IMG/VR virus record: IMGVR_UViG_3300017917_002228
Span: 1 to 64,000 of that record
Direction: 5' to 3' (one strand)
DNA from: a virus
Length of the DNA: 64,000 nucleotides
Part shown: piece after piece, positions 9,602-20,460 of the stretch
How the letters are laid out: every line of letters begins with the position of its first letter
Numbering within the stretch: the stretch's first letter is position 1
The notes under the pieces: model-generated
What the model was told of the DNA's origin: nothing
What the model saw: the letters and a program-made list of their open reading frames with translations, nothing else
Databases searched by the model: none
Made by a program: the position numbers and the translations under genes

Positions 9602-11092
9602 ATGCCTGCTAGCTCTTCTTTATTCAGAAGTATTTACACTAAAAACGATCCTGACAAATTACCGTATGTACCAGATTATGCGGTTTTATTTTGGCACGCA
9701 CCTGATGGTTTATGGGGTAAAACAACTACAGAAAATGGTAGTTTTGACGGAGCATATAATCCTCAATACTATAGACGTTTTGAGTCAGTTTCAAGATTTC
9801 CAGCATACAATGACCCAAAAGTAGTTTCTTATCCAGTTGTTAAGTGTGTAGCAGATGATGCTAGTTGGACTACAGAAACTGGAAAACTAGAAGATCCTTT
9901 TGTTAGCATTGCAAACACTGTAGCTACTCTTTTAGAAGTTGCAGGACCTCATAACCCCTTAACAATGCTTAGAACTAATATATACACAACATCTGGGTTT
10001 GCAGCTGGAGATACTGCATCTACTAATTTAACATATGTTTATAAAGAAAAAACCGGCTCACAAGCAGGACATTCTCATTTTGTGGATAATGTAAGAGATT
10101 TAATTTATAGTATTAACTACGGTAATTATAAAAATACTGTTAATACAGATGCGCAATATGTTCCTAGCGGTATGCAAACTCTTCAAGTTGATCTATTAAT
10201 ACGAGATCCTAAATTATCAGGCGCTGATAAAAAATTAAATTGGTTACCTAAAAACGTAATAGTATTTGGTTCAACACTTCCAGATCCTTATTATGTAAGA
10301 ACAGATGTACTAACCGCTTCTAACCAAAAACTAGCTGATGGTAAAAAGTATTTACCTTTATTAGCTAAACATCCACATGTTGGTGTAGAAGGTGATGATG
10401 CTGAGTTAATTACTTTTTATGGCAGTTCTAGTTTTTCTAATAACCACACTCATGATAAGCTACCTGTAGCTAATAAGAGCCTATCAAACAAGACCAATCA
10501 GACAGGCTATTTGTATCTGCCTGCAGGTGCACATAATCATGTGGTTGAATATAAAGTTGAAACATTTATTAAGTCTAAGCTACTTAAAGCATGGGTAACT
10601 ACAGAAGATAAAACACCTATTGCTGATGGTGTAATTTTAGCTTTAGCAATAGGACCTGGCACTGGTTATAGCGGCAGTTTTGATAATTCAGATATACTTC
10701 CTCCTAACTGGCATTTTTGTGATGGTACAAACGGTACTCCCGATCTAAGAGATTATTACGTGATGGCAAATTTTGCTGATAGTGATCATGATGTTATTAA
10801 TAGTCCTGGAAATGAAGCTACTGTAGTTTCTATTACTACATCTGCAAACGGTAATCATTCTCACTACTCTGCAGGTCCATTTACTGGTTTTAACGGTACT
10901 ATGATTGATATTGGCGGGCATGGATTTGAAGATAGCTTAAATCACACTCATACTGTCTCAGTTCAACCTTCGTTCAAAAAGAGACCTACAGACTCTACTA
11001 ACGTAACCAACTTTAGAAATTTATTTGAATTTGAGTATGCTCCTCCTACAGTATCGTTAGCATTTATAATGTATAACGAAAATATCGAATAG
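9602..11092 (+). CDS. Tail fibre with collar-like motif and HxH metal-binding motifs
   Basis: LPPNWHFCDGTNGTPDLRD collar motif; GHSH, NHTH, AHNH, NHSH, NHTH. Confidence 0.7.
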   Translation: MPASSSLFRSIYTKNDPDKLPYVPDYAVLFWHAPDGLWGKTTTENGSFDGAYNPQYYRRFESVSRFPAYNDPKVVSYPVVKCVADDASWTTETGKLEDPFVSIANTVATLLEVAGPHNPLTMLRTNIYTTSGFAAGDTASTNLTYVYKEKTGSQAGHSHFVDNVRDLIYSINYGNYKNTVNTDAQYVPSGMQTLQVDLLIRDPKLSGADKKLNWLPKNVIVFGSTLPDPYYVRTDVLTASNQKLADGKKYLPLLAKHPHVGVEGDDAELITFYGSSSFSNNHTHDKLPVANKSLSNKTNQTGYLYLPAGAHNHVVEYKVETFIKSKLLKAWVTTEDKTPIADGVILALAIGPGTGYSGSFDNSDILPPNWHFCDGTNGTPDLRDYYVMANFADSDHDVINSPGNEATVVSITTSANGNHSHYSAGPFTGFNGTMIDIGGHGFEDSLNHTHTVSVQPSFKKRPTDSTNVTNFRNLFEFEYAPPTVSLAFIMYNENIE

Positions 11093-11099
11093 GATTAAA

Positions 11100-11714
11100 A
11101 TGTTTACACAAGAAGATATTTTTAGCGCTTTTCCTAACGCAAAACCAGATATAGTAGATGCACTAGTTAATAGTATTGACTTGCTTGCTAGTGACTACGG
11201 TATCGATACACCTATGAAAATGGCTCATTTTTTAGCTCAGACCGCTCATGAGTCTGGCGGATTTAGACTAATGGAAGAAAATTTAAATTATTCTTCTGAT
11301 CGTCTTGTAGCAGTCTTTCCAAAATATTTTAGAAATGTTGATGCACGTGCTTATCATAGACAACCTGAAAAGATTGCTAATAGAGTGTATGCAAACAGAA
11401 TGGGTAACGGTGATGAAGAAACCGGTGATGGTTATCATTTTAGAGGTCGTGGTTTAATTCAGCTCACCGGTAGAAACAACTATACAATGTTTGCAGAAGA
11501 TAATAATTTAGAATTAGAAGATGCTGTTAACTTCTTAACATCTCCAGAAGGGTCTGTTCAGTCAGCAGCATGGTTCTGGGATAAAGCAAATATTAATCCA
11601 TTAGCAGAAGATGATAATGTAGTCGCCGTTACCAAGAAAATTAATGGTGGTACAAACGGTTTAGAAGAGCGTAAAAAATATACTAACAAGTTTAAAGATC
11701 TTCTAGGTGCATAA
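11100..11714 (+). CDS. Glycoside hydrolase family 19 endolysin/lysozyme
   Basis: HFLAQTAHESGGF, ENLNYS, FRGRGLIQLTGRNNY, TKKINGGTNGL. Confidence 0.92.
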   Translation: MFTQEDIFSAFPNAKPDIVDALVNSIDLLASDYGIDTPMKMAHFLAQTAHESGGFRLMEENLNYSSDRLVAVFPKYFRNVDARAYHRQPEKIANRVYANRMGNGDEETGDGYHFRGRGLIQLTGRNNYTMFAEDNNLELEDAVNFLTSPEGSVQSAAWFWDKANINPLAEDDNVVAVTKKINGGTNGLEERKKYTNKFKDLLGA

Positions 11715-12052
11715 TGGCACAGCAACCGGTAGCTCGTTTAGGAGATGTAAGTAGTCACGGCGGTGTTATAATATCGGTACTTTCTGTAACTACCGATACT
11801 AATAATATAAAAACTGCTCGTGTAACTGATTTACATTTTTGTCCTAAAAGAGGTCATGGTATTACACCTATCGTAAACGGTTCTGGAAATTTTAGAGCTG
11901 AAGGTAAAATAGTGGCAGTTAGAGGTAGTGTTTGTGGTTGCGGTGCATTAATAACTACTGGTAGTGGAAATACTTTTGCTCCGTTAGAATCTCCTAGAGG
12001 AGCATTTATTGTTAGTCAAGATCAGTTAAATAGAGGTATTTGGTTAGGATGA
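11714..12052 (+). CDS. PAAR tail-spike tip protein (T4 gp5.4-like)
   Basis: [37 protein letters not shown]. Confidence 0.88.
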   Translation: MAQQPVARLGDVSSHGGVIISVLSVTTDTNNIKTARVTDLHFCPKRGHGITPIVNGSGNFRAEGKIVAVRGSVCGCGALITTGSGNTFAPLESPRGAFIVSQDQLNRGIWLG

Positions 12053-13035
12053 AAATTTTTGTTCAAGGTGAGATTTTAACTGCAGAAGATCTTAACGCTA
12101 ACTTTCGTAAAGCGTCTACACCTGAGTTAGATTATCGCTATTATGGTGGTGTGTTTACTGAGCCGTGGAGTGTGTTTAGAGCTGGGTCTAATAGTGATCT
12201 AGTTTACGAGCAGATTAATGATGCTGCTATAGGCGACTATATTATTCGTACTGACAAGTATGTTTGGGCTATTGGTAATTTAGTTCCTCTTGATCCAACT
12301 CAAGATTATGAATGTGAGATGTGGATTAGAAGAATATCAGGTTCTGGTGCTGGTACTCATTATATGGTTGTTGCTCAATTTGATGGTGATGGTAATAGAA
12401 TAAGTCAAGATGGTACTGACTATTATTATCCAGTATCAGATCAACCAATGTCAAGTATACCTACTACTTGGACAAAATACAAGTATTTAGTAGGACCAAG
12501 AGCATCTAGAGGACATCACCCTAACGCTAAATTTATTGCAATAGGGTTTATAGTAAACTATCCGTTTCAACCAAACTATGTTGTTGAGATGTGCGGATTT
12601 AAGTGTCGTACTAATTCTATAGGTTATACTGGTTCTTTCGGATATACAGGATCACAAGGCATCCAAGGTATACAAGGAATTCCTGGACCGCAAGGTGTTC
12701 AAGGTATACAGGGACCTCAAGGTCCACAAGGACCACAGGGTGCGCAAGGCCCTGCTGGTGCTTCTGGATCAGGAGGCATAACAACTGCAACTGGATTAGT
12801 AACTAATTTTACTGTAGGAACTTATATAACCGCTGGTTCTACCATAATTGCTTATGGAAACGAAGCTATATCATTTTATACTTTACATGGAGTAATGTAT
12901 TTGCAAGACCCGAACGTCTGGGGTGATCAAGGTGGTTATACTTTCTCAAATACCTCTTTACCATATTATGGGTTTATATTAATGCCGGGTACATGGGCAA
13001 GAAGAGGCGTAGGATTATTTCAGAGGATTGCATAA
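12049..13035 (+). CDS. Tail fibre protein with short true collagen (GPQ) segment
   Basis: N-terminal [16 protein letters not shown]; GIQ/GPQ triplets; ATGA overlap with the PAAR stop. Confidence 0.65.
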   Translation: MKIFVQGEILTAEDLNANFRKASTPELDYRYYGGVFTEPWSVFRAGSNSDLVYEQINDAAIGDYIIRTDKYVWAIGNLVPLDPTQDYECEMWIRRISGSGAGTHYMVVAQFDGDGNRISQDGTDYYYPVSDQPMSSIPTTWTKYKYLVGPRASRGHHPNAKFIAIGFIVNYPFQPNYVVEMCGFKCRTNSIGYTGSFGYTGSQGIQGIQGIPGPQGVQGIQGPQGPQGPQGAQGPAGASGSGGITTATGLVTNFTVGTYITAGSTIIAYGNEAISFYTLHGVMYLQDPNVWGDQGGYTFSNTSLPYYGFILMPGTWARRGVGLFQRIA

Positions 13036-13304
13036 TGATAGTTATTAATATTAAAAATGTTAAAAAATTTTGGAACGGTAGTTATAATTTAGTTGCAGAC
13101 TTTGAAACATCTGATGGTGTTTTTACTGCTCCTTTTTGCTTATCACCTATTGATAGTGCACCTGCAGCTGCAATAATAAAAGAGATGATCGATAACGGTG
13201 AATATGAAGGTAGTATAGAATTTGTGCCTGAACCAGCTCCAGAAGAAATAAATACATTAAGAGAACGTATTCAAGCAGAGATAAAAACTAATGGCAATCC
13301 ATAG
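13035..13304 (+). CDS. Small protein, possible tail-fibre chaperone
   Basis: TAATG-coupled to the upstream fibre gene; size and position typical. Confidence 0.45.
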   Translation: MIVINIKNVKKFWNGSYNLVADFETSDGVFTAPFCLSPIDSAPAAAIIKEMIDNGEYEGSIEFVPEPAPEEINTLRERIQAEIKTNGNP

Positions 13305-14028
13305 TAGAGAAGAATTTAAAGAGTATTGCCTTAGAAAGTTAGGCAAACCAGTTATTGAAATCAACGTAGATGACGATCAAGTTGAAGATCGTATTGATGA
13401 AGCGTTGAAATATTACTGGGACTATCACTTTGATGGTACAGAAAAGATTTACTATAAGCACCAGATTACAGAACAAGATGTAACTAACAAGTACATCACA
13501 TTACCAAACAACATCATTGGTGCTGTAAGTATTTTCGACATAGGCGATTATATATCAGTTAATAATATTTTCAACATAAGATATCAGATTGCACTAAACG
13601 ATTTGTATACATTGACATATCAGTCAATGGTTCCATACTACATGGCATTCCAGCACATTCAGTTATTAGAACAGCTTTTAGTAGGTAAACAACCAATTCG
13701 TTATAACAGACGCACTAATAAGCTTTACATAGATGTAAACTGGGAAAAAGTAACACCAGGTTATTACTTAGTTGTAGAAGCATACCAGATTGTAGATCCA
13801 ACTGAATATCAAGATGTATGGAACGATTGGTGGTTACAGCGTTATGCAACCCAGCTTATTAAGAAGCAATGGGGTACTAATTTAACTAAATTTACTGGCA
13901 TGTCTTTACCAGGTGGTGTACAATTTAACGGTGAAAAAATTTATAATGATGCTCATGAAGATATTGAGAAACTTGAAGCTGAAATGATTAACAGCTACAG
14001 CTTGCCTGTTGCAGATATGATAGGCTGA
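13291..14028 (+). CDS. gp13: Neck protein gp13
   Basis: YCLRKLGKPVIEINVDDDQVEDRIDEAL; KKQWGTNL.KF.G..LPGGV. Confidence 0.95.
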   Translation: MAIHSREEFKEYCLRKLGKPVIEINVDDDQVEDRIDEALKYYWDYHFDGTEKIYYKHQITEQDVTNKYITLPNNIIGAVSIFDIGDYISVNNIFNIRYQIALNDLYTLTYQSMVPYYMAFQHIQLLEQLLVGKQPIRYNRRTNKLYIDVNWEKVTPGYYLVVEAYQIVDPTEYQDVWNDWWLQRYATQLIKKQWGTNLTKFTGMSLPGGVQFNGEKIYNDAHEDIEKLEAEMINSYSLPVADMIG

Positions 14029-14756
14029 TGGCTACTAACTTTTACTTTAATAACTTCTCTTCGTCTGGTGAACAGGCTCTCATAGAAAATCTTATCATAG
14101 AATCTATTAAGATCTATGGTGTAGAAAACTATTACATTCCTCGTAAGATTGTTAATAAAGATACTACATTTAGAGAGCAAGAGTTTGCTGAGTACGGTGA
14201 AGCTATTAATGTTGAAATGTATATTAGAAACTTTGATGGTTTCGAAGGTGATGGAGAATTCTTATCTAAGTTTGGCGTACAGGTAAGAGATCAGATTACC
14301 TTTACAATTGCTATGAGAGTGTTTGAGGCGGAAGTAGGTAGAAATATTCAACGTGATCGTCCTCTAGAAAACGATCTAGTTTGGTTTCCATTTAATAAAG
14401 CACTATATCAAATCAAGTATGTTAATAAGAAGCCTGTCTTTTATCAGATGGGCGCGTTGCAGATGTATGATGTTGTTTGTGAATTATACGAGTATTCAAA
14501 CGAAGTGTTTAATACCGGTATTGACATTATCGACGAGACATATAATGCATTCCTCACAACAACTGATCCATATTTAATTACTACTGAAAATGGCGCATCT
14601 ATATTTACAGAAAATAGCTACGCTATTATTGAAGAAGAATATAGTATCGATTATCTAGACGGTAATGCTCAAAACGAAAGCTTTGAACAGCAAGCTATTG
14701 AGTTCTTAGATTTTTCTGAACGTGATCCGTTCAGTGAGTTAGATAGGAGAGCTTAA
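14028..14756 (+). CDS. gp14: Neck protein gp14
   Basis: ESIKIYG...YYIPR; GFEGDGEFLSKFG; FSERDPF. Confidence 0.95.
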   Translation: MATNFYFNNFSSSGEQALIENLIIESIKIYGVENYYIPRKIVNKDTTFREQEFAEYGEAINVEMYIRNFDGFEGDGEFLSKFGVQVRDQITFTIAMRVFEAEVGRNIQRDRPLENDLVWFPFNKALYQIKYVNKKPVFYQMGALQMYDVVCELYEYSNEVFNTGIDIIDETYNAFLTTTDPYLITTENGASIFTENSYAIIEEEYSIDYLDGNAQNESFEQQAIEFLDFSERDPFSELDRRA

Positions 14757-15565
14757 TGCTTAACGTTCCATTTTATAATTCTCTCTTTAAAAAATATGTT
14801 ATTATATTCGGCACCCTTTTTAACAATATTAAAATTGAGAGAAAAAATACTGACGGTACATTAGAGCAAACATTTACAGTTCCAATTGCATATGGACCTA
14901 GAGAAAAGTTTCTTGCTCGTATTGAAGAAAACCCAGATGCAGCTATGCTAACTGCTATCAAATTACCTCGTATGGCATTTGAAATAACAGGAGTTAATTA
15001 TGCAGCTGATAGAAAGCTACAGACAGTAAATAAGATAGCTTCGAAGAAAAATATTAACGGTAAAAACGTTTATAGTAAAGTTTATAATCCAGCTCCATAT
15101 GATATTGAGTTTCAATTAGATATTATGTCTAAAACTATGGAAGATGGTCTACGTATTGTAGAGCAAATTCTTCCATACTTCACTCCTGAATGGACTGTAT
15201 CAGCAAAGTTGTTAGGCGCTGATTTTGATAATGTCACTGATATTCCTTTGGTACTTGATAGTGTCGCTATTGATGATAGTTATGCTGCTGACTTTATTAC
15301 AAGACGAGTCTTAATATTTACTCTTCGTTTTACTATGAAGTGTTACTTCTATGGACCAGTAACTGAGAGCAAGCTAATTAAATTAGTAGACGTAAGATTA
15401 TATGCCAACCCAACTGCCAATAATGGCATTGTTACAACAACAATAAGACCAGGTCTAACAGCTGACGGGCAACCTACTTCTAATGCTGATCTTTCAGTAG
15501 CGTTAGCAATGATAGATGAAGATGATAATTATGGATTTATTGTGACTGTGGAAGATAATGCATGA
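14756..15565 (+). CDS. gp15: Tail sheath stabilizer/terminator gp15
   Basis: FGTLFNNI; VPIAYGPREKFL; LPRMAFE; IVEQILPYFTP. Confidence 0.95.
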   Translation: MLNVPFYNSLFKKYVIIFGTLFNNIKIERKNTDGTLEQTFTVPIAYGPREKFLARIEENPDAAMLTAIKLPRMAFEITGVNYAADRKLQTVNKIASKKNINGKNVYSKVYNPAPYDIEFQLDIMSKTMEDGLRIVEQILPYFTPEWTVSAKLLGADFDNVTDIPLVLDSVAIDDSYAADFITRRVLIFTLRFTMKCYFYGPVTESKLIKLVDVRLYANPTANNGIVTTTIRPGLTADGQPTSNADLSVALAMIDEDDNYGFIVTVEDNA

Positions 15566-15960
15566 GTGATAAAAAAATAGCACAATCTCTTGGAATGGAT
15601 CCTTTAGTGGATCAACCTAATAAAGTAATTCTACCTCCTAAAAAAGTTCCAGAGAATAACGATTATGAATATGCTCGTCAGAATATGTACAATATTCTTG
15701 AACGAGGTACAGATGCTTTGGAAGAAATGCTTGAGATTGCCAAACAATCAGAGAGTGCTAGAGCGTTTGAAGTAGTAAGTAATCTTATTAAGACGCTTGC
15801 TGAGACTAACAAAGATCTATTAGATCTTGCTAAGAAGCAAAAAGATCTAGTCAAAGAAGAAGATGGTCCTCAAAAGACTGTCACTAACAACAATCTATTT
15901 GTAGGGTCATCTACAGAACTATTGAAAATGATTAAAAAGTCTTCAGAAACTGAGGAGTGA
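15562..15960 (+). CDS. gp16: Terminase small subunit gp16
   Basis: DYEYAR; ARAFEV; NNNLFVGSSTELLKMI. Confidence 0.92.
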   Translation: MSDKKIAQSLGMDPLVDQPNKVILPPKKVPENNDYEYARQNMYNILERGTDALEEMLEIAKQSESARAFEVVSNLIKTLAETNKDLLDLAKKQKDLVKEEDGPQKTVTNNNLFVGSSTELLKMIKKSSETEE

Positions 15961-15966
15961 TTTGTT

Positions 15967-16686
15967 ATGATTGATCTAAGGCTTATTCAATCCATTAATT
16001 TGGATCTTTTCCCTGTACCTGTTACAGTTATTCAGCTTGGTGAACAAAGCCGGGAAATGAATAAAAAAATTATTGAAGCTATTATGGAAGAAAAAAATAA
16101 TAGCGAATATAAAATTCTTCGTTCAGGTATTAATGTTTGGCAAAGCAAATACGATTTAGAAAAGCGTTATGATATTTTTGCTGCTCTAAAAGAGAGATTT
16201 TCAGAGCTAATTAAACCCGCATTAAATAGAGCAGGTTTTTCTAACGACATATCTTCTTATCTAGAAGTAGAAGAGTTCTGGGCAAACGTAGATGAAACAT
16301 CTTACGGTTTTACTGCCCCTCATATTCATGGTGTAGGTAATACAGCGTATGCAGGTGTTTATTATCCTACAAGCGGTTTAAAAAACGGTAAGAGTATTTC
16401 AGAAGATGAAAATTTAAATACTCCTAAAGATATTTTAGAGGCATCTTCTAGACCTAAACCTGGCTCATTAGTTTTAATGGATCCAGGTATGAATACTAAA
16501 TCACTAGTAATGCCTCATAGAGATGACTTTAGACGTTATCCTTATTATGGGTTGCCGTTTTGTATTACTCCAAGAGAGGGAACACTAGTTCTTTTTCCTG
16601 CATACTTAATGCACTACGTTTCACCAGTTGAGCAGGATGACTTTACAAGAATTAGTATAGCATTTAGTGTAAATATTAAGAGATGA
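15967..16686 (+). CDS. Putative 2OG-Fe(II) oxygenase (TIGR02466-like)
   Basis: LFPVPV; WANV; HIH; GVYY; EGTLVLFPAYLMHYV; RISIAF. Confidence 0.8.
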   Translation: MIDLRLIQSINLDLFPVPVTVIQLGEQSREMNKKIIEAIMEEKNNSEYKILRSGINVWQSKYDLEKRYDIFAALKERFSELIKPALNRAGFSNDISSYLEVEEFWANVDETSYGFTAPHIHGVGNTAYAGVYYPTSGLKNGKSISEDENLNTPKDILEASSRPKPGSLVLMDPGMNTKSLVMPHRDDFRRYPYYGLPFCITPREGTLVLFPAYLMHYVSPVEQDDFTRISIAFSVNIKR

Positions 16687-18284
16687 ACAATACAGATTTT
16701 TATCTTGGAAATAAAAACTTAAAACGATCTGACGTCAGGATCGAATTTACAAAAGAACAAATTCAAGAGTACATAAAGTGCGCTGAGGATGTAGAATACT
16801 TTTGTGAAAAATATGTTAAGATTGTTAGCGTAGATAGAGGTCTAGTCCCATTTAAACCTTTTGAATATCAGAAGAAGATGTTCAAGACGTTTGATGATAA
16901 CCGCTTTACAATTTGTAAGATGCCTCGTCAGGTTGGTAAAACAACAGGCGTTGTAGGTTATCTACTCCATAAAGTTCTCTTTAACGAGAACTATAACATC
17001 GCTGTTCTAGCTAACAAACAACAACAGGCCAGAGAAATCTTATCCAGGGTTCAGTTAGCATACGAATGGCTACCAAAATGGCTGCAACAAGGAGTAGTAG
17101 AATGGAACAAAGGAAACTTAGAACTTGAAAACGGTTCAAAGATTCTTGCATCGTCTACATCCTCATCTGCTATTCGTGGACAATCCTATAACCTAATTTA
17201 TCTAGACGAGTTTGCGTTCGTTCCTCGCAACATGCAAGATAGCTTCTTTGCATCGGTCTTCCCTACCATTACATCTGGTACATCATCTAAACTGCTCATA
17301 ACATCTACACCTAACGGTATGAATCTATTTTATAAGATATGGATGGATAGCGTTAATGGTGAAAACAGTTATGCAAGAGTAGACGTTCACTGGTCAGACG
17401 TTCCAGGGAGAGATGAAGCCTGGAAAGAACTGATGATACGAAGCACATCAGTAGATCAGTTCAGACAAGAGTTTGAATGTGAGTTCTTAGGTTCATCTAA
17501 CACTCTTATCCACCCATCTGTGTTATCTAGATTGGCATATGTACCTGCTTTAAGACAGCAGCATGGTGTAAAAATATACAAAGAGCCTATTAAAGGTCAT
17601 GTCTATGCAATGTGTGTAGATGTATCTGAAGGATTAGGTTTAGATAGTAGCGCGTTCACTATTGTAGATAGTAGCGTAATGCCTTATGAGGTAGTAGCAA
17701 CTTATAAAGATGCAAACATGAGTCAGCTTATGTTTCCTACCTTAATAGCATCGATAGCCAAATACTATAATGAAGCAGCCGTGTTAGTAGAAATTAATAC
17801 TGGACAACAGGTCGTAACATTATTACAGCAAGATCTAGAGTACGAAAACGTTGTTATGACCAAAGTAAATGGCCGTAAAGGTATTAACATAGGTTTAGAT
17901 GCTGGTAAGTCTAGATTTGGTATTAAAACTACTGCTGTTACTAAAAGAATAGGTTGTGCAAACTTAAAAACTATAATAGAAGCCGATAAAATTGTTCTTA
18001 ATGATTATGATATTATACATGAGCTTTCTACATATGTGGTAGACAAGAACACATATAATGCAGAAGAAGGTTATCATGATGATCTTGTGATGTGCCTTGT
18101 TCTGTTTGCTTGGATGGTTAGTCAAAACTACTTTAAAGAAGCTTCTAACACTGACGTCAGACGTCAACTTGAACAGGAAGTAGAAGATGACTATACACCT
18201 TTCGGCATTATCGATGATGGAATGCCAGATGATTTTGAGAAACCTATGTCTCAAGATCAATTTGAGCGTTGGCTCCTAAACTAA
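16683..18284 (+). CDS. gp17: Terminase large subunit gp17
   Basis: PRQVGKTT Walker A; LDEFAFV Walker B; TSTPNG; HDDLVM. Confidence 0.97.
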   Translation: MNNTDFYLGNKNLKRSDVRIEFTKEQIQEYIKCAEDVEYFCEKYVKIVSVDRGLVPFKPFEYQKKMFKTFDDNRFTICKMPRQVGKTTGVVGYLLHKVLFNENYNIAVLANKQQQAREILSRVQLAYEWLPKWLQQGVVEWNKGNLELENGSKILASSTSSSAIRGQSYNLIYLDEFAFVPRNMQDSFFASVFPTITSGTSSKLLITSTPNGMNLFYKIWMDSVNGENSYARVDVHWSDVPGRDEAWKELMIRSTSVDQFRQEFECEFLGSSNTLIHPSVLSRLAYVPALRQQHGVKIYKEPIKGHVYAMCVDVSEGLGLDSSAFTIVDSSVMPYEVVATYKDANMSQLMFPTLIASIAKYYNEAAVLVEINTGQQVVTLLQQDLEYENVVMTKVNGRKGINIGLDAGKSRFGIKTTAVTKRIGCANLKTIIEADKIVLNDYDIIHELSTYVVDKNTYNAEEGYHDDLVMCLVLFAWMVSQNYFKEASNTDVRRQLEQEVEDDYTPFGIIDDGMPDDFEKPMSQDQFERWLLN

Positions 18285-18289
18285 GAAAA

Positions 18290-18297
18290 TATAAATA
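18290..18297 (+). promoter_or_regulatory. T4-type late promoter TATAAATA; related NATAAATA boxes at 5704, 8543, 21034, 22643, 26634, 26643, 27722, 34260, 41364 and on the minus strand at 55318-55325
   Basis: Motif lies just upstream of late genes; gp55 is encoded in the window. Confidence 0.8.
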
Positions 18298-18340
18298 AAC
18301 AACAAGATATTGAACTGTTTTTATTATAAAGGAGAAACCA

Positions 18341-20440
18341 ATGCCATTCCAAGTAAGCCCTGGTGTTAACGTATCAGAGATTGACTTAACTACCGTAGTG
18401 CCTGCTGTATCTACTACAGAAGGTGCAATTGGCGGTGTGTTTAAGTGGGGTCCAATCGAAGAGCGCGTGCTTATCTCTAACGAAGATGAGCTAGTTAGCG
18501 TATACGGTAAGCCAACATCAAACAATCACGAAACATTTTTCGTAGCTGCAAACTTCCTAGCATACGGCAACCAGCTATATGTATCAAGAGCAGCTGCAAA
18601 TGCTTTCAATGCTGTAGCTAATACTGGTGAAGTAGCTAACACAACAGCTGATAATCTGTTAATCAAAGGTAGTATTGATTACCAAGCAACTAAATCAACT
18701 TATGAAACAGCTGCTTATGCTAACGTTCAGTTTGCTGCAAAGTATGCTGGTGTTCTGGGCAACTCACTAAAAATTTCAATTTGCGCTGATGCAGATGCTT
18801 ATAGCAAAAATATCAAAGCATATAATGGATCAAACACAGATCTATCTACATCAAACACTTCAATTACATTCTCTGTAAACGTAGGTGAAAGATTTGCTAA
18901 TATTGCTGTAACAAGCTTAGTAAACACAGCATTTGCTTCTGCAATTGCATCAGATATTGCTAGCCTTCTAAATGAAGGCGACTTAATTGAAGTAGGTGAT
19001 TCAATAAGCGGCATTCAATATATGCATGTATCATCTATTGATCCGGTTTTCAATAACCTATCAGTACCATCTCCAACAAGCCAGTCTTATATTAGAGTCA
19101 ATTTCTCTGATGCTTATAAGCAGAAAACTTCAGTAAGCAAGACACTTCTAGCTACTTCTGCTGATACCCTATTCAAGAGAAACTGGGAATACTTTAACCT
19201 AGTAGATGCTGCTCCTGGCATGTCAAACTATGTTGCTTCTCGTACTACCACTACAGTAAACGATGAAGTGCACGTAGTCGTTGTAGACAAGAACGGTGCA
19301 TTTACAGGTGTTCCTAATCAGGTTCTTGAAGTGTGGTCAAACCTATCACGTGCTACTGATGCTAGAAGCGATCAAGGTAATTCAATTTACTACCGTGATG
19401 CTCTAAACAATAATTCACGTTATGTTTGGTCAACAAGAGATTATCTAGGAAGCTCTGCAACAAGTGATAACTTTGCAGCACTCAATATTTCTGGTCCAAA
19501 GCAGTTTACATTCGTAGATGGTCAAGATGGTGAAGATGAGAATACTATTGAAGTAGCAAAACTAGCTGCTGCTTACGATGTATTTAAGTCACCAGAAGAT
19601 GTAGAAGTATCACTAATTCTTGCTGGTAAAGCAAGAGGTGGAATCGGAGAAGTTCTAGCAAACTATATCATTGATAATATCTGCGAAGTAAGAAAAGATT
19701 GTATCGCATTTATTTCTCCAGATATTAATGATACAGTTAACGTGCCTGGCAATGAACTCACAAACGTAACTGCATTTAGAAATCAGCTACGTTCTACATC
19801 TTATGCTGTTCTTGACTCTGGTTATAAGTATCAGTACGACAAGTATAACGATGTGTATCGTTGGGTTCCACTAAATGGTGATATTGCAGGTCTTTGCGTA
19901 CGCACAGACAGTGTAAGAGATCCTTGGTTCTCACCAGCTGGCTTTAACCGTGGTAACATTAAGAACATTGTTAAGCTAGCATACAATCCAGATAAGGCTG
20001 ACCGTGATGTTCTATACCGTGCTGGAGTAAATCCAGTAGTAACATTCATGGGTCAAGGAACAGTGCTTTATGGTGATAAAACACTTCTAGCTCGTCCTTC
20101 AGCATTTGACCGTATTAACGTACGTAGACTATTCATCGTACTTGAAAAGGCAATTGCAAAGTCTGCACAGTCTGCTCTCTTCGAATTCAATGATGACTTC
20201 ACAAGAGCTGCATTCCGCAACTTGATCGAGCCTTATCTAAGAGATGTACAAGGACGTCGTGGCATTTATGACTTCAAGGTAGTTTGTGACACTACAAACA
20301 ATACACCGGAAGTTATTGATCGCAACGAGTTCCGTGGCGACATCTATATTAAACCAGCCCGTTCAATCAATTTCATCCAGCTTAACTTCGTTGCAGTACG
20401 CACCGGCGTCGAGTTTGAAGAAATTGTTGGTCGCTTCTAA
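18341..20440 (+). CDS. gp18: Tail sheath protein gp18
   Basis: SPGVNVSEIDLT; PWFSPAGFNRG; FDRINVRRLF. Confidence 0.97.
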   Translation: MPFQVSPGVNVSEIDLTTVVPAVSTTEGAIGGVFKWGPIEERVLISNEDELVSVYGKPTSNNHETFFVAANFLAYGNQLYVSRAAANAFNAVANTGEVANTTADNLLIKGSIDYQATKSTYETAAYANVQFAAKYAGVLGNSLKISICADADAYSKNIKAYNGSNTDLSTSNTSITFSVNVGERFANIAVTSLVNTAFASAIASDIASLLNEGDLIEVGDSISGIQYMHVSSIDPVFNNLSVPSPTSQSYIRVNFSDAYKQKTSVSKTLLATSADTLFKRNWEYFNLVDAAPGMSNYVASRTTTTVNDEVHVVVVDKNGAFTGVPNQVLEVWSNLSRATDARSDQGNSIYYRDALNNNSRYVWSTRDYLGSSATSDNFAALNISGPKQFTFVDGQDGEDENTIEVAKLAAAYDVFKSPEDVEVSLILAGKARGGIGEVLANYIIDNICEVRKDCIAFISPDINDTVNVPGNELTNVTAFRNQLRSTSYAVLDSGYKYQYDKYNDVYRWVPLNGDIAGLCVRTDSVRDPWFSPAGFNRGNIKNIVKLAYNPDKADRDVLYRAGVNPVVTFMGQGTVLYGDKTLLARPSAFDRINVRRLFIVLEKAIAKSAQSALFEFNDDFTRAAFRNLIEPYLRDVQGRRGIYDFKVVCDTTNNTPEVIDRNEFRGDIYIKPARSINFIQLNFVAVRTGVEFEEIVGRF

Positions 20441-20460
20441 GGTAAAGGGAGGAAAGTAAA

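Noticed and set aside
4851-13035. Diversity-generating retroelement targeting the fibres
   Set aside because: No reverse transcriptase and no adenine-specific TR/VR pair seen in the window
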